A DNA stretch of 64,000 bases from Dimorphilus gyrociliatus (taxonomy: Eukaryota; Animalia; Annelida). Shown one piece after another: positions 12,800-25,209 of the stretch. The stretch is from contig CAJFCJ010000012.1 of assembly GCA_904063045.1 (NCBI GenBank), positions 1,116,001 to 1,180,000 of the forward strand, given 5' to 3'. The notes under the pieces were generated by a model that was given only the letters and a program-made list of their open reading frames with translations, was not told the origin of the DNA and ran no database searches. Made by a program: the position numbers and the translations under genes. Each line of letters opens with the position of its first letter. The first letter of the stretch is position 1.

Positions 12800-13702
12800 A
12801 TGAAAGTTATTTCGGAAATTGAACCCGATCAAGAGATCGTAAAGGAGATGGAAAATATGGATGAAAGGAAAGAATTAGTTGGCCATTTAAACTCTATTAA
12901 TAAATCAGGTAAATTAATACTCTTTTGCAATCTATCACTTATTAGTTTTAATTTGGATAAAAATCAAACACTAGGAGCTGAGAGTCCAAGTTTATCACAA
13001 AAAGGCTTACATAGATTTCAACAAACTGGATTGAAAGTTATGGCGGGACTTGCTCTAAACAAGAATCTCAGCGGAAGTAATCCTTCCATAAATTGTACTC
13101 CACGAACAAGAAGACCCAGCCTTGGAACTATTGTTAAAGCTAAAACTCTTCACAACAGAGTAAAAAAGAAATTGCACGATGAAGAATCGCAAGAAAAGAT
13201 TCCAGAAAGGGTAAGATTTGGAGCTACACTCTCAACTGAAGGGCAGTATGCATTATTAAAATGTTACGAAGATCTGATAATCGAAGAATTGGATGTGAAA
13301 GTACCTCGGTCTGATACACCTAGTCGGGTTACGCCTCGCGAAACTACCATTGTTTCGAAACCACCCATAAAGCATACTCCTGCTGTAATGAGAGAGAGGA
13401 GTCAAAGCTTATTCCCTGAGGGCCCCCAACTTACAAGAGCAAGTCCTAAATTTGATAAAAGCATTAGAAGAATGTCCCTACCTGCTGATTTACCATCGAG
13501 AGAACTAAAAGTTACATATCGACTAGAAAAAGGACAACAACTTTTAGATGAATCGCGTCTTAAAAAGAATACAGTGACAGAGGAAAATTGCAAGAATCGT
13601 CAAAAATTCAACCTGTGGAGTACTACTTGGAGTAGGGAATTCCATACCGATGATATCTCTCAATCTTCAGAAATCCTTAGAAGATTGCAATTAAACGGAT
13701 AA
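12800..13702 (+). CDS. uncharacterised basic protein, tandem family member 2
   Basis: 300-aa ORF, probably containing a 66-bp in-frame intron at 12909-12974. Motifs RFGATLSTEGQYALLKCYEDLI, VTYRLEKGQQLLD and FNLWSTTWSREF. Confidence 0.85.
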   Translation: MKVISEIEPDQEIVKEMENMDERKELVGHLNSINKSGKLILFCNLSLISFNLDKNQTLGAESPSLSQKGLHRFQQTGLKVMAGLALNKNLSGSNPSINCTPRTRRPSLGTIVKAKTLHNRVKKKLHDEESQEKIPERVRFGATLSTEGQYALLKCYEDLIIEELDVKVPRSDTPSRVTPRETTIVSKPPIKHTPAVMRERSQSLFPEGPQLTRASPKFDKSIRRMSLPADLPSRELKVTYRLEKGQQLLDESRLKKNTVTEENCKNRQKFNLWSTTWSREFHTDDISQSSEILRRLQLNG

Positions 13703-14523
13703 AGGAATAACATTTATATTCCCCTTATCTCTTTTATTGTGCAGTGTTTCAGTTGAGTTATGCTATATATTCCGTATTTTGTGATATCTATGTTTTCATT
13801 GTTATATTACATTTTAATCTATTTTGTACCTATTTTATACCGGATTATGAATAATTATGGATTTAAGTAGGACCTCATACTATCGTTTGTTTATGTTTAA
13901 TAGAACATGCCCAAACAGATTCTATCAACATATCAATCTTAAATTTGCAATTAAAAAAGATAGGATATAGGCAAAAAGTACTGCCTCACTATCTTAAGCT
14001 GTTAGAATAGCCTTCTATTGATCATTCCATTTACAGAATATTTAACACTTCATTACCAAAAATTCTCCACAAAAGAGTATTATAGGCTTGACAATAATCA
14101 TCGATATAACAACGTTCATTTTAATAAAATTTCTCTAAAAGGAAAAACAAGATTAGAGTTAAACTAACAGAAAATTTAAGATTTAATATGGCAAATCGTA
14201 TGAGCTATTAAATTATCAAAGTAATGACTCCTCCTATCCTTTATCTGGTGATTGATTGATTAGATGTAACCAAGAGCAGCATCATTAGCTTTTGAATGTC
14301 TGTCGTTGCGGTTTATTAATTGTCCTTATTGTTGATATGAAGGCTGAATATTAGACAGTAAATATATCGGGTAAATTCAAGCCTATTATATCACTGAAAT
14401 CGTAGAATTTAGTCATCGATACGCAATCTTTGACCTTTTGGTAATAGCACGAACCTCAAACAAAGAAAAAATTTTGTCTTTAAAAACTCCAAAATCCATA
14501 GTGAAATTATCAGAAGATTAAAA

Positions 14524-14953
14524 ATGAATGAGAAGAAGGGACGTTTTCAGGGTGTTGCCCTTAAAATTTTAGCTAAAATAATGACGGAGGACAAGTCTGA
14601 AGATAATTATCAGGATGAAGAAACAAAATTAACTGCTAGAAGTAAGACTAAAATGGATTGGTCACCTAGAAGGATAAAGCGTAGTTCAGATTTCCGAACT
14701 GTAGTTAAATTAGCAAGTATGAAACATTTAAACAAAGTTATTAATGGAGCAAGGCCTCGTGATGTACTCGTTGAAGATCACACACCCAAGTTACCTGAAA
14801 AACCTAGGTTTAGTGCTACCCTATCTCCTGAGGCTCAATATGCAACTCTTCAATGTTACGAGGATGCTCTTAAAGAAAAAATAAAGAAAAACGAGAATAA
14901 TCAGGTAAGATCAGAAGAAGACGAGAAAAATATTGTTACAAAAATTGAACCGA
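14524..14953 (+). CDS. uncharacterised basic protein, tandem family member 3 (3' part lost in the gap)
   Basis: Open frame from ATG 14524 up to the N run. Motifs FRTVVKLASMK and RFSATLSPEAQYATLQCYEDAL. Confidence 0.8.
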
Positions 14954-15346
14954 NNNNNNNNNNNNNNNNNNNNNNNNNNNNNNNNNNNNNNNNNNNNNNN
15001 NNNNNNNNNNNNNNNNNNNNNNNNNNNNNNNNNNNNNNNNNNNNNNNNNNNNNNNNNNNNNNNNNNNNNNNNNNNNNNNNNNNNNNNNNNNNNNNNNNNN
15101 NNNNNNNNNNNNNNNNNNNNNNNNNNNNNNNNNNNNNNNNNNNNNNNNNNNNNNNNNNNNNNNNNNNNNNNNNNNNNNNNNNNNNNNNNNNNNNNNNNNN
15201 NNNNNNNNNNNNNNNNNNNNNNNNNNNNNNNNNNNNNNNNNNNNNNNNNNNNNNNNNNNNNNNNNNNNNNNNNNNNNNNNNNNNNNNNNNNNNNNNNNNN
15301 NNNNNNNNNNNNNNNNNNNNNNNNNNNNNNNNNNNNNNNNNNNNNN
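14954..15346. other. assembly gap (393 N)
   Basis: Run of N characters. Confidence 1.
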
Positions 15347-15556
15347 GGCCCAATGCATACTTAAGAATATCAAAAGACAACATGTTTTATTCCTATTAAT
15401 ATTTTAGAAGGAACAAAGACGAAATAATTTATTCAGTTATTTATCTAGAAAATTTTTTACATCCATGACAATAATACTGTTGTGTGCAGACGTAGCTTAT
15501 TATACCTTGTTTTAAATTATTTCTTTTTATCATATTTTAAGTCTTCTCTATGTTAC

Positions 15557-18500
15557 TTATTGGCCGGATAACATACTGCCACTTCTACTCCTGGCTGGAG
15601 AGGACTTTCCAAAGCTTCTACCTTCCATATCAACAATTCTGAATGCTTCAAGAAATTCATTAAAATCAATATGACCGTCTTTATTAATATCAATTGACTT
15701 TCCAAGATCCAAAATACTCTCTTTTGATAAGCTTCCATCAGTATGTCTACTCAAGATTTCGCATGCTTCAGCAAACTCTTGCATTGAAATGCTTCCTGAG
15801 TTGTCTTTATCCATCATTCGAAAAATTAATTCCAGATTATCTCTATTTCTATATAGCATTTCAGTCATTGTATTAGTTTCTCCAGAAGCCTTAGAAGAAA
15901 GAAAAAGGTTTTTTTGATTATTACGCAACTAAATTAATTAGAGGAATAACACAAAGCTTACTAATTTGGTATTTTTTATTGAAAGCTCTTCAAACGCAGT
16001 ATTATAAAGCACTTGTCCACCTTCTGCGTGTTTGACTAAGCTATGCCGTAAACTTCGCCAAGGTAGTTCCATCTCTAATACTGTATTCATACAATCACAC
16101 CATATCCCAGCTTCCAGCATACCAGTGTTTAATGGGTCATGTTTGACAAAGGCCGTTAGCAATTCAGATTTATGTGCTAATATTGTTGACTTTAAATCCT
16201 GCAATGCTGACTCTTCAATGTGACTCAATCTGATAAAAAAATTATATGTATATATATATTAGCAATATATAGATATATTTGCAAAGAACCTTTCTTTTGC
16301 ATATATTCTATTGATTCTACATACCTTTGTCGTGTAGTCAGTTTACGTCCGGCGTGTGCTTTGCCGGATGTAAATTGAAAGAGTTCGGGTTTGTGATTTG
16401 TGCCCATTTTTATATAGGCTCCCTTGTTACTTCCCTCTTCATAGTAATTTGAAGCAGAGAAAATTGTGAGTACTTTGTTTCCATGAGCGAATTCATATCC
16501 TTCCGGTTTACATTCATGGGATCGAATTAACAATTCCATGTCATGTTTTTCCAGGATCATTTTTGTTATATCAGGACCCCAATAAACACCTCCACCCCTA
16601 AAAGCATTAGGTGCACATCCCATATTCGGCCTGGGATCACTCCATAGTATATCTAAAATTTGTCTCCATTCTTTAACATCTACTTGTTCATCAATATCAG
16701 AATCGCCAGCTCTTGGATCGTATTGACCCCCGCTATAGGTTGGAGGTCGAAGAGCGGAAATATACTGTATAAAATATTCAATATAGAAATTATGAGAAGA
16801 ATATCTTGATATTAATACTAAACTATATATTCTAAGAAAAGGAAGGAGCAGAATCAAGTTATGAAAGAGGAATATAGAAAGAAATCTATTAATTATATGT
16901 TTGGGTAGCAAGAAAAAGTGGTATCCTATGCTTTATGGTTAAAACGGAAAATGTGCAAATAGAAGAGAGGGATTAAAGGCTAGACCTATAGAAAAAAAGG
17001 CTAACTTTATGTCTGTCGATATTTGCCAAATATTCCAAATCAGTCCTATCGGAAATACCACCATGAGCAACCAGAACTTTATCGTCAATCACGGTAGCGA
17101 GAGGTAACCAACTAAACACGTCGCTAAACAATTGTATTATTTTGGTTGCATGTTCTTTATACTTGTTCATAATTTCCTTAATGAAGCCATATCTGTTTTT
17201 GAATTGTATATTATATATCTTTAATGGTATTCAATAGTCAAAGCCCAAAAAGTGTACCTCATGTTAACTATATTATCTTCATGATTGCCGCGATTTATGT
17301 ATATTTCATTAGGAAAAATAACAAGGAAAGCGAATAGTAGGACGGATATTTCCACTGAATATTGGCCTCTGTCAACGAAATCTCCGTTAAATACATAAGG
17401 ATTATCCACAGCTGGTGGGTTATTCTATAAGATAATGAGATAAAAATTATATTAACATTGAATTTCAAATAGCAAATTGATGTTTAACCTTATAAAAGAC
17501 GATGAATAAGTCGTCAATTTTTCCATGTAAATCCCCACAAATAGTTATTTGTTTGGATATTGCTGTGGATGCATGCTGAACTGTTGGGCGTTTAATAAGT
17601 ATTTTCCTGGCTTCATGCAGAACAAGAAGTACATATTTAGCGTGCAGTTGCTGTGGAAAAGTACAGATTTCATTTTGTAAAATGATGTGACTTTAAAAAA
17701 AAAGACCAAGCTTTGTACCTGCTTTTTCTTAAAGGCGTTTATAAGGGAGTGAACTTGATTTAAATTCAATGGAACTGATAGTCGAGGACCTCTATAAGAC
17801 TGCGGAACATTAATATCTTCTGGATTGGTTTCATCTACTAGAGCTGCATCATCATCGTTTGACGGTTTGGGCGAATGACCTAAAAAATATAATATTTTTT
17901 ATTGTATTACACTAATAATATCTACGTGACATACATAAAACAATTGCATATGGACGATATTAAATACTAACCAATTAAGAAGTGTTTCCCATTGCTATTA
18001 CCATCTTTCGGCATATGCGCAATAAGATCAATAAAGAAGTTATAAAGCTGTAAAAAAAAATTCGCAACCATAGTAACGTATAGCTACTAGGCCTAAACTT
18101 AAGGAAAAGTTAATTGTCATTGGATATCATTTTACTTTTAATTTAAAATTACTTGATAGAATAAATTCTTATATTTGAAATAATAATTTGACGATGAAAT
18201 TATAAGGGAAGGTATTAAAAAATATCTAACCTTTAGTTGATTTTGCTCTCCTGAGTATTCTATAGTTTGAAAAATATTCCAGGTGCATCTTCTCCTAACC
18301 TCCAATTTCGCTTGATATCGTCTATACCATTTTTGAATAAGAACAGCGGCTTTCAATGCTGTTGAGTATAAATTTTGCACAATTAAATTAAACAGTCGAG
18401 GTGAATTTGATAAATAAAAAAACACCCTCTTTTAAGCTTTTACCTCAAAAAACAAGAGATAACTCTTTAATTATAAGAAAGTGCATGTTAAGATATCACT

Positions 18501-18742
18501 GTGCAGAGTTAGATATCTTTATAACGAACAAGTTAGGAACATGCAATATAACATAGCTGGTATTATGTTAAGATGTAAGGGTTTCAAGCCTAAAACTTCT
18601 TGCAGTTTATATTGGAAATAAGCTTATAAGAAAGAAGGGGTGTATTTACATATAAGTGCGGAGTGTTTTTGGTTTCTTTACGCTATGTACAATACATGCA
18701 TATACATATATAAACATATAAATATATATATATATATATCTT

Positions 18743-18823
<81 letters not shown>

Positions 18824-21204
18824 GTATAGATGCAAGTCTGTTCAAACTATATATGCAATAATAAATCACTTATTCGGATAGCACTTATAGAAAATACCGA
18901 CCATAAGAAGGGCGTCTATTAGATAATCGATCGGATCCTAATTTAAGCAAAATCAATTGAAATAATAAATAAAACTAATGGAAAAGAGTAGAAGCTTTTG
19001 TTTTGTTTTTTTTTCTTTTTATTTCTTAAAAAATAAAAGTTGAAATTTTTTTTTTCTGATCAGTAAATTATTATAAATAAAAGGTCTAAGGAAAAACAGA
19101 AATTCTTTAAATCAATAATAATTTGTCTAGAAAAAAAAAACAAAATAGACGCTACTGCAAAATAATATTTAGCAGCGGAAGAAGAAAAATATAATATTTC
19201 GAATTTATCTTTGTATGCATGTATGTATGTACGTATGAATGGTTTTTTTTAGAATCATATTCCTTTTAAATAGAACAAAATGAATAGGAAAGTAAACAAA
19301 GAAAAAGTTATATAGAGGAAGGTACAAAATAGAATTTTTAGAGACAAGTATTCAAAATCTATTCAAAAAAGTATTGGAGAGATTAAAACAAGAGAAGAAA
19401 CTATATAGAAAGAAAAATATACTATTTATAACAGTGATTGATGCTATTATTATTCGTAAATATTTATATGTAAACCATATTAATCTATATAGTAGATATT
19501 ATTAAATGAAAAAAGAGTAGTTTGAAACAAATAAAAGGTTGAAGCTAATTAATTCTTTTTCATATAAAGCAAATGGAAGGTAATAAAGCAAAGTACGAAA
19601 TATTATTAATAAAAGCGATATTATTAATAATGATATATAAATGATTTCTATGATTAACATATTTACGCCTGTATAAATTTATCCTGTATCTAATATATGC
19701 TGTATAAATACAATTAGAAATATAAATTCCTCCTACTCATAATAAATATGATATAAATATTTTCATTTAGCTGAAGTGATACAAAATTTGCAAACTGTCT
19801 TCAAGATAATTAATTTTACACATATGGAATAAATAAATTGAAAAGTATCAATCAGTTTTTCATAACCAATGTTTATGATAAAATACCTATATATAGGTGT
19901 CTTTGTTACTAGAATAATATACCTTTCGTTGTAATTTTTTCAATTCTGCTACTTTTAATCTTGTTGTCATGGAAAAGTGATTTGATTTGTATTTAATTCT
20001 CTTTTCTCTATATACAAGATTTTCTAAAAACTATTTTCCTATCTTTGCTTTATCTTTCTCTAGAAATGTGCCAAAACGATTCTTATTGTCTATTACGCTT
20101 AAAATTTTCTACAAAAAAATGTACTTGCCTTACTGATATTCTATTTGTAGTATATTATACAGTATTAAATTGCATTATAGAGTATATAAAGCAAGAAAAA
20201 AAACTAGCATCCTAGAATGAAAAGCTTCGTTAAGTGCATAGGAAGATATTTGGACAAATAAGAGAAAAAATATCTCATTTAGACTCGTTAAAATATGAAA
20301 AGAGTATATATTTTTATTGTTGTTGATAGAATTGTTTCTCTTTTCCTTATTTTAGATATAATTATTACGCTAAAAGGTTTGGTATTCTCAATAAAGTAGA
20401 TAATAATGAGTTTATAAAATATTTTAAAAAGAGAATTTAATTAGTCAAAAACTACCTTTAAACTTTTAATTATATTATAATATCTGTAATATTAATCAAA
20501 TATATCATGATTAAAGGGAAACAAATACTTCAGTAAGTGAGAAATTGTATAGAGAATAGGTAGGAATTAAAGTAGCGGAAGTAATCAAATTTCTCTATAG
20601 CTCACCTGAACTAATAATATGTATATATTTATGCAAGTTAATACTTAATTTAACTGACCATATTGTATGTAAAATATACACACGTATATATGCATTATAT
20701 ACTTAATATTCGAAATTTAAATAAATAGGTGACATATCTTAGCAAATAAGCGTCTATTTTACGTTCGCTTATAATTGTGCATAGTCTATAATTTTAATAT
20801 CTCAATATAGAAGAAAAAGGAGGGGTGATGAGATAAAATAATTAGTGAACAAAAAAACAATAATAGAGAAATCTATAGGGATGGAAAAACTTAAAAACAG
20901 ACATGTAATAGTTTAATTTTTCTGTCTCTCTGTCTCTGTTTCCTTCGCCCCTCGCCTTCATCTGTCTATCTCTATCTCTCTCTCTCTCTGTCTGTCTCTG
21001 TCTATTCTGTCTGTATATTTTATCTTCAACCTATTTTATGCCAATTAACAAAAAAAGAAATAAACTAATCTAGCAAAATTATTTTAATTACTCCGTAACT
21101 TAAAACTACTAAAAAAGAACTAAAATATACATCTCTCTCTCTTTCTCTCTATACATATATATATATATATTAGATTTTATATATATATATATAGTTATAT
21201 ACTA

Positions 21205-21245
<41 letters not shown>

Positions 21246-22114
21246 TAATATATTTAAATATAAAAAAGATTGAGTTAAGAAAAATTCATGCTTTTAAAAA
21301 GAAAAAAGAAAAAATTGTTTTATAAATTTCAATTTTCTTACCATTGGCTAATTTATTTTTCGAGGAATATTTCTCTGAGAAGCATGACATGATAAATTAA
21401 ACCATAGAAAAAGTAAAACCAAATAATAGTAACATAAAAAAATAAAATGATGAAATTGATGATTAAATGAAAAAATGAAAAAATTCAATCAACAATCACG
21501 CTAGAGGACACAAATAAAAGGTAACTTTATAAGTTTTGTCTCTTCTCTCTCTGATCGAGAGATTGAATAGTAGTCTGCTGAATGACAAAACTAAATAACC
21601 GCACAAGAGAAAAAACTCGCTTATAAAACAAATTGTAATTGGTCATGCTTAAGGTTTTAGTTTACAATTGAATATGAGAATTATTTGATACTTATTAAAT
21701 ATGATGACACGATATTAATCTTTTTTACTTGTTTTAATCATCATTTTAAAAAGGGAGAGCAGAGAAAGAAAAATAAGTTTTTAATGGAAAAAGTTTTCTT
21801 AATTTTCAATTTGGTTTATGCTTTTGATCTATTTAAGGAATATCCTAAAAAAAGATTAAAATATAGTTTCGTTCGATGGAGAATAGTACTTTTAGAGATT
21901 TTGGTAACATAGACAGAATGCTATAGTCTGACCTATACGAATAAGTCTTTTTATTTTCATTTGAAAGTGCATGAAATATTAGTATAGAAAAAGACACACC
22001 TTTTTTATCGTCTACGTCTTTCGACGAATTATGCTTGGCAACGTTATTCTTACCATTCGTTCTTTCACTACTACTAGAACTTTCCTTAGAATTATTAGAT
22101 GTTCCACAACCCAT
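15557..22114 (-). CDS. PPEF: serine/threonine protein phosphatase with EF-hands (PPEF / rdgC family)
   Basis: Exon 1 at 22114-22000 (MGCGTS...), 3.6-kb intron, IQ-motif exon from 18358 ([21 protein letters not shown]). PPP motifs [38 protein letters not shown] and [10 protein letters not shown]-terminal EF hands [13 protein letters not shown] and [13 protein letters not shown]. Stop at 15557. Confidence 0.95.
18700..18819. repeat. (TA)n microsatellite in PPEF intron 1
   Basis: Long, slightly interrupted TA run. Confidence 0.95.
20920..21245. repeat. (CT)/(CTGT)-rich and (TA)n low-complexity tracts in PPEF intron 1
   Basis: Visible ctctctct/tctgtctc stretches and TA runs. Confidence 0.8.
21342..21390 (-). 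CDS. candidate alternative first coding exon of PPEF ([16 protein letters not shown])
   Basis: ATG at 21390, 49 nt open, then a strong donor G|GTAAGA. Phase 1, the same as exon 1, so it joins the IQ exon at 18358 in frame. Confidence 0.45.
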
Positions 22115-22168
22115 AATTTGATGTATTTCGGTTTTCTTATATAGATCTGTAAAATAACATAATTTTAC

Positions 22169-22182
22169 GTCGTTATGGAAAC
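22169..22182. promoter_or_regulatory. X-box (RFX site) GTCGTTATGGAAAC upstream of PPEF
   Basis: Exact match to the GTHNYY-AT-RRNAAC X-box consensus, 55 bp upstream of the PPEF ATG. Confidence 0.5.
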
Positions 22183-25100
22183 CAGAACACGCCAATAAGT
22201 GAAGGCGACAGAAGAAGCATCTGGTATGTATAGTATTGATTAATTAACCTTTGATTATGTTACTTTGATGTCTTATCAGGCATGCTGTGGAATAAGTAGT
22301 GAATAGAGTTTAAGCTGAGAGGGAAGAGTAGAACACAAAATAAAGACTAAGGCATTTTATGTCTATCTAATAATCTATTTTAACTTTTTTCCTTAGCTTT
22401 GGAAAAAATTCTCTCTACCTTTTATGCATTTCAAAGTACGCACCTGATTTTCAGGTACGGAGAAATTTGATAAAAACAAAGTAATTATCTAGTTATACGA
22501 TACTTTTGAATAGACTATTTTATAAATATATGAATATATGTAAACACATAAAAGATATGTTCAATATTGTCATATTCAGTTTTCTTTCTTTATTTTTCAC
22601 TCCAATGTTGCAATCAATTAAAAACCCCTAAACCCTTTAATAACAAATTACGAATAAAAATCAATGTTAATCGAAGTACTCTGACACGTTTGTCATTCAA
22701 TTGGTCTTGACTGAAATTTTACAGTCAACTGAACTGCATTAGAATTAACTTTATCGAATGATTTTTATGATAGGTAATGTTGCTAAAATTAGTTATTCTA
22801 TTCACAGAAATCGTATTTGAAAAGACAACTATTTAATCTTACTTCAGATACCTTTCGTTTTATTAGTCATAAAAAGGATTTTTCATATAAGATTCAATAG
22901 AAACAATACAATTTATTTTATGCTATTGAGGTTTTAGCATTTTAGCAAGTACACTAATTAACTTTTTCTTTAATTCTAATAACGAAAATTAACAGCGTAA
23001 AATAATTTTATAGATGTACTTTGTAAAAAATTATAGTATGAATAAGTAATGAATTATATTACAGCTATTTTCTACTGTTGCTATAACTTCGATCTTAAAA
23101 TTTGTTTTGAAGCGTCTTTCTCTGTTTCTTTGCGTCTCTTTCAGTCTCTTTTTCTGTTTCCTCGATATAGTTAACAAAGAAAAGAAAACACTAACAACTA
23201 AGAGATATTGAGCTTATATCATACTTGAAATTCAGAATGTAAAATTTTAAACACAAATCAGCTTTGAGATTTTAACATATTAAGAGGGAAGGCGAGGCGA
23301 AAATGCTTATATTACTTATATAACAAAAACTCATCATTATAAACTTCATTTTAATAAAATAACAGCATTGAATATCGTCCTTTACAAATGTAATAATTAT
23401 TCGTTCATCAAATCATGATATTATAAAATTGAAACATGCTTTTTATTGATGTATTTGCAGTTAATCTTTTTCAAAATATCGATATTTCGGTTAAAAAATA
23501 TATAAATAATTTATTCCATTACCTCATTTTAAATACAAATCCTTAATTGTCACCTACGGTAGAATCTTCCCGGATGAAACCTGCGGGATTCGGTTGTCTA
23601 CCTTTGCTGCCATGACACTACAACATAAACTAGTGTGGCACCCTTAGTATGATTTTCACAATGTATCATACCCTAAAACTTGAGCACTATGCCATGCTAT
23701 TATAGATTACAACGAGCTCTTATAAGTTACTCAATATAAGAAAATTAACAGAGAAATATAGTTAAAAGCTTTCTTAAAAATACGAAATAGACTTTCTTAT
23801 TTTATCAAATTCTATTTTCGAGCAAATATCTATAATAATAGATTAAAACATAATACAACTATGCGTATAAATAGTACATTTATAACTATAAATAGTGAAA
23901 TAAAATATGGTCTTAAAAAATTGACATATTTCAATTAATACGATATTATAATAAACTTATCAAAAAGAGTATAAATATCATATAATGATACTAAACAGTG
24001 AAATAATGAAAAATAATAGCAAACTATGCTTTTTTCGTATTGGAATAACATAATTTTCAATAGAATCTAACCAAGTATTATATATATTTTAATTAATAAA
24101 GAAATAAATATTATTTCTTTGTTCAGAGTATATATAGTTTATTTATAGATATAGACTATAAACTTATCCTTAATTCCTTGTTTATTAAATTACCATACAT
24201 CAATTTGAGAATATTCAATTATTCCGTTCTCTTTTTATATATTAAAAGTTAATTGAAAAAGAAATATATATGTATAGCATATAAATATAGATATATGAAA
24301 CATACATCATTCCTTACCATCGTTAAATGGTATATCATTAAGAATTTATAATAATAAATAGCAACTAACTTCAAAGAACTTTTTTATTCTTTCTTCTTAA
24401 TATATTATTTTTCTCTATTTTTCTCTCTTTCTTTTTCCTCTCTTTCTTCCCCTCTTTTCCTATTAACTCCTAAAACAAAATATTTTTCTTTTACTGTTAA
24501 GCAATAAAGCAATATTTTTTATTATAATGTATAATAAGCTGAAAAGAGAGATATTTATACTATATATACTTATTTACTAGTACAGACAGTATAGGTTTAA
24601 CATATTATTTTACGTTGATGTGTTTATAAGAGATTATTTTAAAAAAGTAAGTTTTCATTTATATTCAACTATATATAATCTATTGTATTTTAACCGGATT
24701 TAATAGCTAATAATACTGTTTATGTATATAATTCTCCATTTTTTTTTATAAGTTTATTAATTATCTTACTTGTTATCCTTCCTACTTTTCTCTTTCTTTT
24801 CTCTCTGTCTCTTTAAACACATATACAGGCAGCCAGTTTTTGTTTCCTATCATTATTTTTTATCATTTTTTAGTACGTAATAAATTTATATTATAAATTT
24901 ATTTAATATGAAAAAATTCTGCAAGATCTATAATCAATGAATCAATTTTCTTTTCAACGCTATCATTGATCTGTCAACTATTGGTCGTAAATATATTGAA
25001 TGAATTGGTGATTAGGATATTATAATATATGATTAAATACGATATAGGATTCTCTAATCAGTAAAAAAATAAAGATAGTATTCACTCTCTCAAATATGAA

Positions 25101-25209
25101 TAACTTATAGACGTATCAGCGTGACCTTCACCTTCACCAGCAAAGTTTAGAGAATAATACTGCGTGCTACTACTATATTCGTAAAATCTGAGGCCTTAAT
25201 TCATTCAAA

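Noticed and set aside
12097-14275. Shared 12-mer ATGTAACCAAGA at 12097 and 14264, upstream of family members 2 and 3
   Set aside because: The first copy overlaps the stop codon of member 1, and a single 12-mer match in several kb of AT-rich DNA is plausible by chance.
14901-15399. ORFs spanning the N run
   Set aside because: Artefacts of translating N. Sequence after the gap cannot be assigned a frame.
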